DNA of 64,000 nt from the NCBI GenBank assembly GCA_029858505.1, contig JAOUEW010000008.1, positions 9,939-73,938 of the forward strand, in the 5' to 3' direction. Of the stretch, positions 1 through 8,933 are shown in pieces (positions within the stretch are counted from its first letter, which is position 1; the number at the start of each line of letters is the position of its first letter). The position numbers were made by a program, and so were the translations under genes. Source of the DNA: Deltaproteobacteria bacterium. GTDB taxonomy: Bacteria > SAR324 > JACQKK01. The notes beneath the pieces are model-generated. The model was given only the letters and a program-made list of their open reading frames with translations. It ran no database searches and was not told where the DNA came from.

Positions 1-1
1 G

Positions 2-730
2 GCCAGCGGCAAGGGCGGGGTGGGGAAATCCACCGTGGCGGTGAACCTGGCGGTGGCCCTGGCCGCCCAGGGGCACAAAGTAGGGTTGTTCGACACCGAT
101 ATCTACGGCCCCAGCGTGCCCATCATGACGGGCCTGAGGGAAGCCCGCCCCCAGGTGGAGGGAAACCAGATCATCCCCCTGCAAAAATTCGGGGTGGATA
201 TTCTCTCGTTGGGCAACTTGGTGGATGAGTCGGCGGCGGCCATCTGGCGGGGCCCCATGGTGCATCAGGTGCTGGAACAATTGCTGCGAGACACCCGCTG
301 GCCCGGCGGCGATTACATGATTTTAGACCTGCCCCCCGGCACGGGAGACGTGCAGATCACCCTGGCCCAACTGTGCGAGGTCACCGGGGCGGTGATTGTC
401 TCCACCCCCCAAGACGTGGCCCTGCTGGATGCCATCCGGGCCGTGGCCATGTTTGAAAAAGTAGAAATTCCGGTGATTGGCCTGGTGGAAAACATGAGCG
501 CCTTCCACTGCCCCCACTGCAACAAAGAAACCCCCATCTTCGACACCGGCACCATCGAAAAAGCCGCCCACCAGCGAAACGTGGCCTTTTTGGGGCACAT
601 CCCCATCGAGCTGGACATCCGGCTGGGCGGCGACAAGGGCCAGCCCGTGGCTTTGCGCCCGGCCAGCCCCGCTGGCAAGGCCTTCCACGCGGTGGCCAAT
701 GCCCTGATGGCGCAGATTCAAGAAGGCTGA
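2..730 (+). CDS. mrp: Mrp/ApbC (NBP35) Fe-S cluster carrier ATPase, 5'-truncated by the window edge
   Basis: ASGKGGVGKST deviant Walker A from base 2, DIYGPS, WRGPM, DLPPGTGD, ENMS and CPHC motifs. Confidence 0.93.
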   Translation, partial: ASGKGGVGKSTVAVNLAVALAAQGHKVGLFDTDIYGPSVPIMTGLREARPQVEGNQIIPLQKFGVDILSLGNLVDESAAAIWRGPMVHQVLEQLLRDTRWPGGDYMILDLPPGTGDVQITLAQLCEVTGAVIVSTPQDVALLDAIRAVAMFEKVEIPVIGLVENMSAFHCPHCNKETPIFDTGTIEKAAHQRNVAFLGHIPIELDIRLGGDKGQPVALRPASPAGKAFHAVANALMAQIQEG

Positions 731-776
731 GGGATTCTCCCGCCCTGTTTTCTACCCCCCGTATTTACGAAGCCTC

Positions 777-1271
777 TTAGGCTTCTACATCGGGGGGGTG
801 GAAGGTCATCACCGGGATTGGAGACACCCGCACCAGTTTTTCGGTGGTGGAACCCATCAGCAGACGGGTCAACCCGGTCCAGCCATGGGTGGAAAGCACC
901 AACAAGTGGGCATCCCACGCCTGGATCTCCTCCAAAATCTGATCCAACACCCGCCCTTGGCGCACCCGAACCTCGGCGCCGGGGGCTCCTTTGTGGGCAA
1001 TGGCCTCCAAATGCTGAACGCTTTCCAGGCTGGCTTTTTCCACCAAGCCCCCTGGCAGGGCGTCTGGCGGAGAAACCAGGGCCGGGGCAGATTCAAACAT
1101 GCCCAACTGCCCGTAAAGGTCGTAGGGAGTCAGCTCGACCACGTGCAGCAGCCGCAACTGGGCCCCCAATTTTTTAGCCAAATGAACCGCCAGGGGCAGC
1201 ACCGCCTGGGCGTTGGCAGAAAAATCCACCGCCACCAAAATCCGTTGAATCGGTTGAATTTGCTGAACCAT
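777..1271 (-). CDS. Universal stress protein (UspA domain)
   Basis: RILVAVDFS N-terminus; THGWTGLTRLLMGSTTEKLVR C-terminal USP motif. Confidence 0.9.
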   Translation of the reverse strand: MVQQIQPIQRILVAVDFSANAQAVLPLAVHLAKKLGAQLRLLHVVELTPYDLYGQLGMFESAPALVSPPDALPGGLVEKASLESVQHLEAIAHKGAPGAEVRVRQGRVLDQILEEIQAWDAHLLVLSTHGWTGLTRLLMGSTTEKLVRVSPIPVMTFHPPDVEA

Positions 1272-1357
1272 AGGCACCTCCTGGAAGGGATTGCCCCTCT
1301 GATTCTAATTATACTAGGATCAGGGGGCGCTTCCCACTGGAAACTCACCTCGAAAGC

Positions 1358-2041
1358 ATGATCCCCATGAAAAACAAGCGGTCGTATGAAATCAACGAAT
1401 TGCGTAAAGAGGAATCCTGGCGGCTGTTTCGCATCATGGGAGAGTTCGTGGAAGGGTTTGACTTGCTGCCACGGTTTTCTCCCGCCGCCACGGTGTTTGG
1501 CTCGGCCCGGGTGAAACCAGGAGAGCCCTCTTATCAACAGGCCCAAGACCTGGGGGCGCTGTTGGTAAGCAAAGGCTACGCGGTGTACACCGGGGGCGGG
1601 CCAGGCATCATGGAGGCCGCCAACCGGGGGGCCAAAGAGGCGGGAGGGGTTTCGATTGGGCTGAATATTGAGCTGCCTCACGAACAAGTTCCCAACCCCT
1701 ACACCACCCACAGCGTCAGCTTCCGCTATTTCTTTATCCGCAAGGTGATGCTGGTTAAATACTCCGCCGCGTTCTTTCTGTTCCCCGGGGGGTTTGGCAC
1801 TTTGGATGAGTTGTTTGAAACCCTTACCCTGGTGCAAACCCACAAAATTCGCCCCCTTCCCCTGGTGCTGATCGGCCGGGAGTTTTGGAGCGGCATGCTG
1901 AAATGGATGGACGCGGGCCCCCTGGGCCAGGGATATCTCAGCCCGGAGGACATGAAATTGCTGTACCTGACCGACGACATCGAAGAAGCCGTGGCCCTGC
2001 TGGAAGGCCACCAGACCAACGGGGAGCACTCTCCCCCCTAA
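1358..2041 (+). CDS. LOG-family (TIGR00730-like) nucleotide phosphoribohydrolase
   Basis: FGSAR, TGGGPGIMEAANRGA, FFIRKVML, PGGFGTLDE motifs. Confidence 0.92.
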   Translation: MIPMKNKRSYEINELRKEESWRLFRIMGEFVEGFDLLPRFSPAATVFGSARVKPGEPSYQQAQDLGALLVSKGYAVYTGGGPGIMEAANRGAKEAGGVSIGLNIELPHEQVPNPYTTHSVSFRYFFIRKVMLVKYSAAFFLFPGGFGTLDELFETLTLVQTHKIRPLPLVLIGREFWSGMLKWMDAGPLGQGYLSPEDMKLLYLTDDIEEAVALLEGHQTNGEHSPP

Positions 2042-2107
2042 GCCTGCCGCCTGACACCCATGGGGCCCAATTCATGGTAAAATAATTCTGGGCAACAGGA
2101 ATAGAAC

Positions 2108-2629
2108 ATGAGCCATGAGAACGAGTCTCCGCAGTTCACCCCCACCCGAGGCAGCCCGATGAAAGAGAACTACTGGTTCTACGAACGCGGCGAGGGCGAC
2201 CCCGATCCGCGGCCCCTGACGCTGAAATCTTTGATGACCCCCAGCCCGGCCACCCTCTTGGTGAGCCAGTTGGTGCGCGACGCCATGGATCTCATGACCA
2301 AAAAGAACATTCACCACATTCCGGTGCTGGGCAAAGACGGCCGCCTAGCCGGGGTGGTTACCCGCCACGACCTGCTGGCGAAGATTCTGCACGGGCACAC
2401 CCTGACGGGCGACGAGCAATACCATGCCACCCTGGACACCATGCTGCCCCTGGAGCAGGTGATGACCCCCCGGCCCCACGTGCTGGCACCCGATGACCCG
2501 GTGGCCAAAGGGGTGGCCCTGTTTTTAACCCACGGCGTGCACTGCGTGCCGGTGATGGATGGGTCATCCTTGGTGGGGATTGTCACCGAAAAAGACATCT
2601 TCCGGCTGATGGAACACATGGTGTCCTAA
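2108..2629 (+). CDS. CBS-domain pair protein
   Basis: Two CBS repeats (HHIPV..GVVTRHDL; HCVPV..GIVTEKDI). Confidence 0.88.
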   Translation: MSHENESPQFTPTRGSPMKENYWFYERGEGDPDPRPLTLKSLMTPSPATLLVSQLVRDAMDLMTKKNIHHIPVLGKDGRLAGVVTRHDLLAKILHGHTLTGDEQYHATLDTMLPLEQVMTPRPHVLAPDDPVAKGVALFLTHGVHCVPVMDGSSLVGIVTEKDIFRLMEHMVS

Positions 2630-2638
2630 ACCCTCGCC

Positions 2639-3427
2639 ATGGCCCATCCAAAACAAAAGACCCCCCGGAAAGCCCCCAAGCCCGGCCCCATGATCTTCTT
2701 GGCCGGGGTGACCAAGCGTTTTGGCAAAAAAACCGTGTTGGACGGTATTGACCTGCGCGTGGACCCCAACACCATCCACGCCGTCATTGGGGGGTCGGGT
2801 CACGGAAAATCCACCATTCTCAAATTGATTCTGGGGTTTCTAACCCCCGACGAGGGGGACGTGCTGGTGGCGGGGAACTCCATTTTGGGGCTGGACGACA
2901 TGGCCCGGCTGGAGGTGCTGAAAACCATCGGGGTGTCCTTCCAGCATTCGGCCCTGTTCGACTCCATGAGCGTGTATGAAAACGTGGCCTTTCCCCTGCG
3001 GGAGCACACCCTTTTATCTGAAGAAGACATTGCCCAGCGGGTGGCCGAAACCCTGACCCGTCTGGGGCTGCCCGGCATTGAAGACAAAATGCCAGCCGAG
3101 CTTTCGGGCGGGATGAAAAAGCGGGTGGGGGTGGCCCGCGCGGTGATGCTTCAACCCAAAATCATGCTGTTCGACGAGCCCGAAACCGGGCTGGATCCCA
3201 TCACCACCACCTCCATCGGCAACCTCATCCAAGAAATGCGCGATGACTTCGGCATTACCTGCTTGGTCATTTCCCACAACCTGGAAAACACCATGCGCAT
3301 TTCGGACCGGGTGAGCATGCTGTACAAAGGGCACATCATTGCCGAAGGCACCCCCGCCCAACTGCGGGATCACGATCACCCGGTGGTGCGGCAGTTTCTC
3401 ACCGGCTCTTCCGAGGGGCCCTTCTGA
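2639..3427 (+). CDS. ABC transporter ATP-binding protein, MlaF/Mkl-like
   Basis: GGSGHGKS Walker A, FQHSALFDSMSV, ELSGGMKKRV, DEPETGLDP and C-terminal HPVVRQFL typical of MlaF. Confidence 0.85.
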   Translation: MAHPKQKTPRKAPKPGPMIFLAGVTKRFGKKTVLDGIDLRVDPNTIHAVIGGSGHGKSTILKLILGFLTPDEGDVLVAGNSILGLDDMARLEVLKTIGVSFQHSALFDSMSVYENVAFPLREHTLLSEEDIAQRVAETLTRLGLPGIEDKMPAELSGGMKKRVGVARAVMLQPKIMLFDEPETGLDPITTTSIGNLIQEMRDDFGITCLVISHNLENTMRISDRVSMLYKGHIIAEGTPAQLRDHDHPVVRQFLTGSSEGPF

Positions 3428-4041
3428 TGGAATCTTTGGAGTGGGTGCGGCAAGCGGCGGCCCTTCCCCCTGGGTGGTTTTACTTGGCCCTGGTGCTGTC
3501 TGGGGTGGTTGAAAACTTGGTGCCCATGCTCCCCGGAGACATGGCCACCGTGGCGGGGGGCTACCTGGCGGCCCGGGGCACCGTGACCTGGCCCCTGGCC
3601 TTTTTGGCCTCGGCCGCTGGCAACTGGTTTGGTTTTTTGTTGGTGTTTGGGGCGGGGCGCTGGCTGGGCCACAGCCGGCTGCACGCCATGCTGCAAGGGT
3701 GGTTCCCCCACCGCGAACTGGAACGGGCCGAAGGTTGGTTTGCCCGCTGGGGGTACGGGATCATTCTGGTCAATCGGTTTCTGGCGGGCACCCGGGCGGT
3801 GGTCTCGTTGTTTGCCGGGGTAGCGGAACTGCCCTGGCGGCCCGTGGCGGTGTTGTCGCTGGTCAGCTCTCTGGCCTGGACCGGGCTGTTAACCCTGCTG
3901 GGCATGCAAATTCAAGAACGCTGGGAGGATCTGCTGCCCCTGTTGGATGCCTATAACCGGTTGATGGTGGCCCTGGTGACCCTGGCTCTGCTGGGGGGGT
4001 GGGGTTGGCTGGCTTGGCGCAAGCGGCAAAGCCCTGGCTAG
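3427..4041 (+). CDS. DedA/SNARE-associated membrane protein
   Basis: ENLVPMLPGD and RFLAGTR..SLFAG DedA motifs; TGATG overlap with the upstream stop. Confidence 0.85.
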   Translation: MESLEWVRQAAALPPGWFYLALVLSGVVENLVPMLPGDMATVAGGYLAARGTVTWPLAFLASAAGNWFGFLLVFGAGRWLGHSRLHAMLQGWFPHRELERAEGWFARWGYGIILVNRFLAGTRAVVSLFAGVAELPWRPVAVLSLVSSLAWTGLLTLLGMQIQERWEDLLPLLDAYNRLMVALVTLALLGGWGWLAWRKRQSPG

Positions 4042-4511
4042 GCGCCTTCCGGAAACACCACTTCCATGGAATAAATCCGCTCCACGGCAATGGGCTCTAA
4101 AGAAATCACCTGGGCGGTGCGCCCCTCGGCGTTGGACTTGAACAGATGAAGAGAGCGCCCCCTGGGAGAGTCGAGATACAGCCGCACCAAGGGAGAGCCT
4201 TTTTTGCTCACGTGGTTCAGTACCCGTGGAATGCGGGTGTTGTAGTGGGGGTCGTCTCTGTCGGACAAGAACACCGCCCGCATGCCGGACCAAGTGTGGG
4301 GAAAGGGATCCCGCGGCTCCAAATAACCGCAAGCCTGAATGTGCAGCCAGTTCGACAGGGTCGTGGTGTGCTCCAGCCTCCCCGGCCCGGCATAGGGCTC
4401 CCAAAAGGGCAGGTAGGCGTCGGGGATATCGCGCTTCACAATAGCCCGCTTCCCCAAGGTGGGTGAAGAAGACTCCTCAATCGATCCTTGAAGGGGCATC
4501 TGATAGGTCAT
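4038..4511 (-). CDS. Hypothetical protein with possible ADP-ribosyltransferase (KptA/DarT-like) fold
   Basis: ATG at 4511, 157 aa; HTTTLSNWLHIQACGYLEP, AVFLS, RLYLD, EPIAVERI pattern. Confidence 0.5.
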   Translation of the reverse strand: MTYQMPLQGSIEESSSPTLGKRAIVKRDIPDAYLPFWEPYAGPGRLEHTTTLSNWLHIQACGYLEPRDPFPHTWSGMRAVFLSDRDDPHYNTRIPRVLNHVSKKGSPLVRLYLDSPRGRSLHLFKSNAEGRTAQVISLEPIAVERIYSMEVVFPEGA

Positions 4512-4790
4512 AATGGGATTTTGTTGGGCATTCTCTCCGGTCAAAGCGGCGGAAAATCCAACGGAGAGCATAAGGGAAATATACCCGAAAAACCGCCCGG
4601 AAAAAAGAGGAAAGTCGAACCCTCTCTTTCCCTTGAGAATTCCACCGGAATTCCTGGCTTTCCCCAACAGAATCCTCAACCCAACTGGGGTCAGGTGTTT
4701 TTTTCACGATGGTCTGATAACTTGGAATCAAACATCACGGTTTTCGGAAGAACCTTCTCGTATCCCCGTTTTATTTCCTTGAGAGCAACC

Positions 4791-6053
4791 ATGAATGCTT
4801 TTCGAATGGGTAAACTGGTGGCGCTAACCCTGGGGTTGACCTTGGGGGTGGTGTTCATTTCCCCGGTGCTGGGGCAAGAGTCCGCCCCGGTGGCAGTGGT
4901 GGAAGCCGAAGGCGTGGCCACGAACCATCCGGGCAACGCCGGGCTGTCTCACGACGAAGCCCTGGAAGCCGCCCTGCGGGCCGCGGTAGAAAAAGCCAGC
5001 GGAACTTTCATCCAAACCGAATCGGAAATGCGAGAGTTCCAACTGGTGAGGGATGAAGTGCTGACCCGCACCGAAGGATACATTCGATCTCACACGGTGT
5101 TGTCGGAGGGTCCCGATGGAGACCTGTACCGCCTGCGGGTCAAAGCCGAAGTGGTGCGAGAGCCCTTCTTAAAGTCCATGGATCAATCCCTTTCCACCCT
5201 GTACCGCCGGGTGGGCATGCCCAGCGTCATGGTGGTCATCCATGAATCCACCGCCGAGGGGCCGAGCCGCCTCAGCACCCCCAACGTGTCCGAAACCGCA
5301 ATCCGCCAGACCCTGATGCAGAATGGATTCAAGTTCATCGACTTCCGCACCTCGGGGGGCGGCCCCCTGCTGGCCCGCCTGACCCCCGGCCAAGAGCTAG
5401 ACCGAGAGGCCGTGATGGACGTGGGCCGCAAAGCGGGCGTGGCTCTGGTGATCATTGGCACCGCCCAGGCCCAAGAGCCCCAACCCCTGGGAAATGGAAA
5501 AATCTTCAGCGCCCTGGCCGTGGTGACTCTCGATGCCATCCGCACCGACACCGGGCAGGCCATTGCCTCGGCCAATGCTTCTCAAACCATGGCCCATCCC
5601 ATCTCCAGCCAAGCCGCCCTGGGGGCCCTGAAAAAATCCACCGCCAAGGCCCTGGACCCTCTGATGGCTCAGGTATCGTACGCCTGGGTGCAAGAGAACA
5701 ACCAGGGCAAGGTGGTGGAAGTGAAAGTGAACAATATCTCTTATCCCCGGCTGGTTGAGCTACAGAAACGGATGGGGGCGGGTATGTCAGGAGTGCGGCA
5801 GGTTCGTCAGCGCTCCTTCCGCCAAAAAACCGCCCTGCTGGAAGTCACCGCCACGGCCACCCCCCAAAAACTGGCGGAACAAATTTTGGCCGTTGCCCCG
5901 GAAGAATGGGATGTGGAAGTGGAGGAAACCTCGGCCCAGCGGGTGACCCTGCGCCTGCCCGATGTCGTGGCCCCCCTCAAACCCCCACCGCCAGCTTCAT
6001 CGCTTCAAACCCCCGAGTCTTCGGATTCGGAGGAAAGCCCGGAAACCCGGTAA
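4791..6053 (+). CDS. Exported protein with FlgT-N-like domain
   Basis: Signal-peptide-like N-terminus; VEAEGVA..ALEAALRAAVEKASGTFIQTES..DEVLTRTEGYI resembles FlgT N-terminal domains. Confidence 0.6.
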   Translation: MNAFRMGKLVALTLGLTLGVVFISPVLGQESAPVAVVEAEGVATNHPGNAGLSHDEALEAALRAAVEKASGTFIQTESEMREFQLVRDEVLTRTEGYIRSHTVLSEGPDGDLYRLRVKAEVVREPFLKSMDQSLSTLYRRVGMPSVMVVIHESTAEGPSRLSTPNVSETAIRQTLMQNGFKFIDFRTSGGGPLLARLTPGQELDREAVMDVGRKAGVALVIIGTAQAQEPQPLGNGKIFSALAVVTLDAIRTDTGQAIASANASQTMAHPISSQAALGALKKSTAKALDPLMAQVSYAWVQENNQGKVVEVKVNNISYPRLVELQKRMGAGMSGVRQVRQRSFRQKTALLEVTATATPQKLAEQILAVAPEEWDVEVEETSAQRVTLRLPDVVAPLKPPPPASSLQTPESSDSEESPETR

Positions 6054-6811
6054 TGGTTCCGGGTTCTCCATTGGCCGAGTCCTTTCAGCACATTCCCCAC
6101 AATTTGGCGCGGGTTCGGGAAGACATGGCCGAAGCCGCCCGCCGGGCTGGCCGACCCCCCCACGACATCACCCTGGTGGCGGTAAGCAAAACCCACCCGG
6201 CCCAGGCCGTGCTGGCCGCCTGGCAGGCGGGCCAGCGGGTGTTTGGCGAAAACCGCGTGCAGGAAGCCCTAGAAAAACAAACCGCCCTGGCGGGCAACGT
6301 TCCAGACCTGGAATGGCACTTGGTGGGGCACCTGCAGTCTAACAAAGCCCGGCTGGTGCCTGGGCGGTTTGCCCTGCTCCATTCCCTCGATTCTGCCAAA
6401 CTGGCCCAGGCGTTAAATCGGCAAACTGAAAATATCCCCCCACAGAACAACCCGGGTATTCCGGCTAAACGCTTGCGGGTGTTATTGCAGGTGAATACGG
6501 GGGGAGAAGACACCAAGTCTGGCGCGCGCAGCCTGGAGGATTTGAAAGCCCTGGCCGCGGCCGCAGCGGAATGCCCAGGGCTGGACGTGCGGGGGTTGAT
6601 GACCCTGCCCCCGCCAGATTTGGGCGAGGCCCCCACCCGCAAGTTGTTTGCCCAGGTGCGGGAGGCCTGCGAGCTCATCCGTGGAGAGTTTGGGTTAACC
6701 GAATGCCGGGAACTTTCCATGGGCATGAGTCACGACTTTGCCTGGGCCATTCAAGAGGGATCCACCCTCATCCGGGTGGGCACGGCCATTTTTGGCCACC
6801 GAGAAGGTTGA
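6053..6811 (+). CDS. yggS: PLP homeostasis protein YggS
   Basis: LVAVSKT, FGENRVQE, WHLVGHLQSNK, LSMGMSHD, IRVGTAIFG; TAATG coupling to the upstream gene. Confidence 0.95.
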   Translation: MVPGSPLAESFQHIPHNLARVREDMAEAARRAGRPPHDITLVAVSKTHPAQAVLAAWQAGQRVFGENRVQEALEKQTALAGNVPDLEWHLVGHLQSNKARLVPGRFALLHSLDSAKLAQALNRQTENIPPQNNPGIPAKRLRVLLQVNTGGEDTKSGARSLEDLKALAAAAAECPGLDVRGLMTLPPPDLGEAPTRKLFAQVREACELIRGEFGLTECRELSMGMSHDFAWAIQEGSTLIRVGTAIFGHREG

Positions 6812-6840
6812 TTGCGCTTGAGGATTCTTCTCCATTCCCC

Positions 6841-7332
6841 TCATTGCAACATCTCATTTTCTGTTCTTGGTGGCAGGGAAAACTTTCCATAAAGTTTCAC
6901 GGATGCCAGCAGCACCAAGGTGCTGACAATCGTAAAAACCGGCCCCAAAAACAGCACCCAGAAGGCGACCCGCGCGTCATTGATCAATGCGGCAAACAAT
7001 CTTTGTTGCTCCGGTGTTTGCTCCTCCGGGGAAAAAATCTCATCTCCGTTCAAGTCAAATTGGTACAACCGATATTCGATGTATCCGTAATACAATTGGT
7101 AAATCACCATCATGACCCCATAGGCCAAAGCCGCGTGGATGAGCAACAGTTCCAGAATATTGTTTTTGTTCGTCCAGGGTGTTTTTTTCCAGATCAAGAC
7201 AGATACGGCCATGACGGAAAAAGAATAGACCGTCAAAATGACGCTAAGTTTGAAGGTTACCCCTGCCCACAAAGAGAAGAGCAAAAACTGCCAAAACAAG
7301 TGTTTGTTGATCAGGCTTGAACGTACCTTCAT
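6841..7332 (-). CDS. Hypothetical membrane protein, AT-richer than its neighbours, with a DxNxD loop
   Basis: 163 aa, about 4 hydrophobic segments, FDLNGDEIFSPEEQTPEQ loop. Confidence 0.65.
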   Translation of the reverse strand: MKVRSSLINKHLFWQFLLFSLWAGVTFKLSVILTVYSFSVMAVSVLIWKKTPWTNKNNILELLLIHAALAYGVMMVIYQLYYGYIEYRLYQFDLNGDEIFSPEEQTPEQQRLFAALINDARVAFWVLFLGPVFTIVSTLVLLASVKLYGKFSLPPRTENEMLQ

Positions 7333-7340
7333 AAGTTGTT

Positions 7341-8534
7341 TTATTTCCCCGGCTCATCCGGCTCAGCCCAGGCTTCTTCCAGGGGGCCGCCCCGTTTTTT
7401 TTCTCTTCCCTTAAAGTGAAACACTTCTTTTTCCCGCAGGCGTTTCACCTGCTCTCGGGAGAGAAACGTGTTCAGGGCGGTGCGCCCCTCGGCATCTACC
7501 CCCCGGATATGCACATGATGGCGCCAGCCGCCGTCTTCGGTGGCGTTGGCCTCCAGCACTTCGGCAATGACCACCGTGGGTTTGTTGTGAATGGTCAGCA
7601 TCATCCGCACCAAGCCTTTTTCCTCTAACTTTTCTTTGCAGAGAAACGAGGCCCCCCCGAACGATAGGTCAATTACCCGGCCCTTGGATTCTTCTGGCAG
7701 ACCGGCGGGTGGTTCTTGACCCTGGGGATTCTTGCGCCGAGAGATTTCCTCAGGGGGCAGGTAATGGAAGGTGATGGGGAGGTTCACCGACAGGCGGTAC
7801 TTGGCCCGGCGGGCTTCGGTGTTGCGAAAAGCGTGGGCCGCCCGAAACATGCGCATCCCCCCAGCCTCCACCACCTCCAGAGTAATGGGGAACAACACTT
7901 CGCCGTCCCGCTCGCGCCAAAAAATCAATTGCACGTCGGGGTTTTGGGTCAGCACCCACTGAATTTCCGGGTCTTCCGGAATGTTCAACAGCAGGTGGTC
8001 GGCGGTGGTGCTCATGATGGAGCAATACACATCCAGGCGCTCTTGCTCCACCGAGGTCACCACCCGCACCGGCAGGTCCCGCATCAGTTGGCGGGTGTGG
8101 GTTAGCTCCATGCTGGGGTTCATCACCGTCATCCGCAGCGCCCGGCGCAGGTTATCCAACTCAACGTCTCGGCCCGGGTGGTCGGCCCGCCAACGGTCCC
8201 AGGCGTTCTCAAATTCTTCCGAAGATTGCAAAAGCTGAAAGTCTTTGCGGACATTGGCGTAACGATGGAGTTCCGCCAGCAATTCCTGGTGGCGGGGGGT
8301 CATGTTTTGCAGCCCCGACAATTTGTAATAGGTGTTTCGTTCAGACTGGGCCAGCAGCCGCCGGTAACGCCACCATTGCACGGTCATGAACGCCAGCACC
8401 ACCGCCCCAATCACCATGAACACAAAGATCAGCCAGCCCACTTCTTGGGGGCTGGGAACGGGAAACCGCAGCCAAGACAGGTCGTCTAGGGTGTACTTGG
8501 GGGGTTCCAGGCTGGGGGGGGCGTCGGGGGTCAT
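7341..8534 (-). CDS. Membrane-anchored PilZ-domain protein (YcgR-like C-terminus)
   Basis: One N-terminal TM; RRAKYRL (RxxxR) and DLSFGG (DxSxxG) c-di-GMP motifs; start moved to ATG 8534 because the longer ORF runs into a repeat. Confidence 0.8.
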   Translation of the reverse strand: MTPDAPPSLEPPKYTLDDLSWLRFPVPSPQEVGWLIFVFMVIGAVVLAFMTVQWWRYRRLLAQSERNTYYKLSGLQNMTPRHQELLAELHRYANVRKDFQLLQSSEEFENAWDRWRADHPGRDVELDNLRRALRMTVMNPSMELTHTRQLMRDLPVRVVTSVEQERLDVYCSIMSTTADHLLLNIPEDPEIQWVLTQNPDVQLIFWRERDGEVLFPITLEVVEAGGMRMFRAAHAFRNTEARRAKYRLSVNLPITFHYLPPEEISRRKNPQGQEPPAGLPEESKGRVIDLSFGGASFLCKEKLEEKGLVRMMLTIHNKPTVVIAEVLEANATEDGGWRHHVHIRGVDAEGRTALNTFLSREQVKRLREKEVFHFKGREKKRGGPLEEAWAEPDEPGK

Positions 8535-8612
8535 GGTCACCAAAGGAAAGAGATACCTTGCCAGATCACAACATCGTGGATCGTTTGTACACGCTCTGCA
8601 TCGTTGATTGGA

Positions 8613-8814
8613 TGGGGGGGCATCCCAACAGCACCCCTCCCTGGCGGCTTCGCCGCCTGTCCCTCCCCTTCGTGGAGGGACTTTACCCGAAACCATCGGC
8701 TATTCGATTCATCCGTGCGGATGGTGAAACCGGGCAAAAGATAATACGACATCCGCGGGCTTCGATTCATTTTCCTTCCACGAAGGGGAGGGGTGCCGTT
8801 GGGAAGCCCCCCCA
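8613..8814. repeat. REPIN/MITE-like palindromic element
   Basis: 28-bp imperfect terminal IR 8613-8640/8787-8814, second IR 8661-8680/8773-8792, central copy of the cgaaNccatcggctatt...ggcttcga module. Confidence 0.8.
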
Positions 8815-8933
8815 AAGCCGAAGGAAATCACGAGGAACAAGTGATATCCTTCCCAGAGCCCCTAACCTATACCACAACACCAGAAGCGCAACATTGTAGC
8901 TGTGGATGATATCATATTTCGTGAGCAATCGGG

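Noticed and set aside
8535..8696. N-terminal extension of the PilZ ORF
   Set aside because: It runs through the palindromic repeat element and is unlikely to be translated
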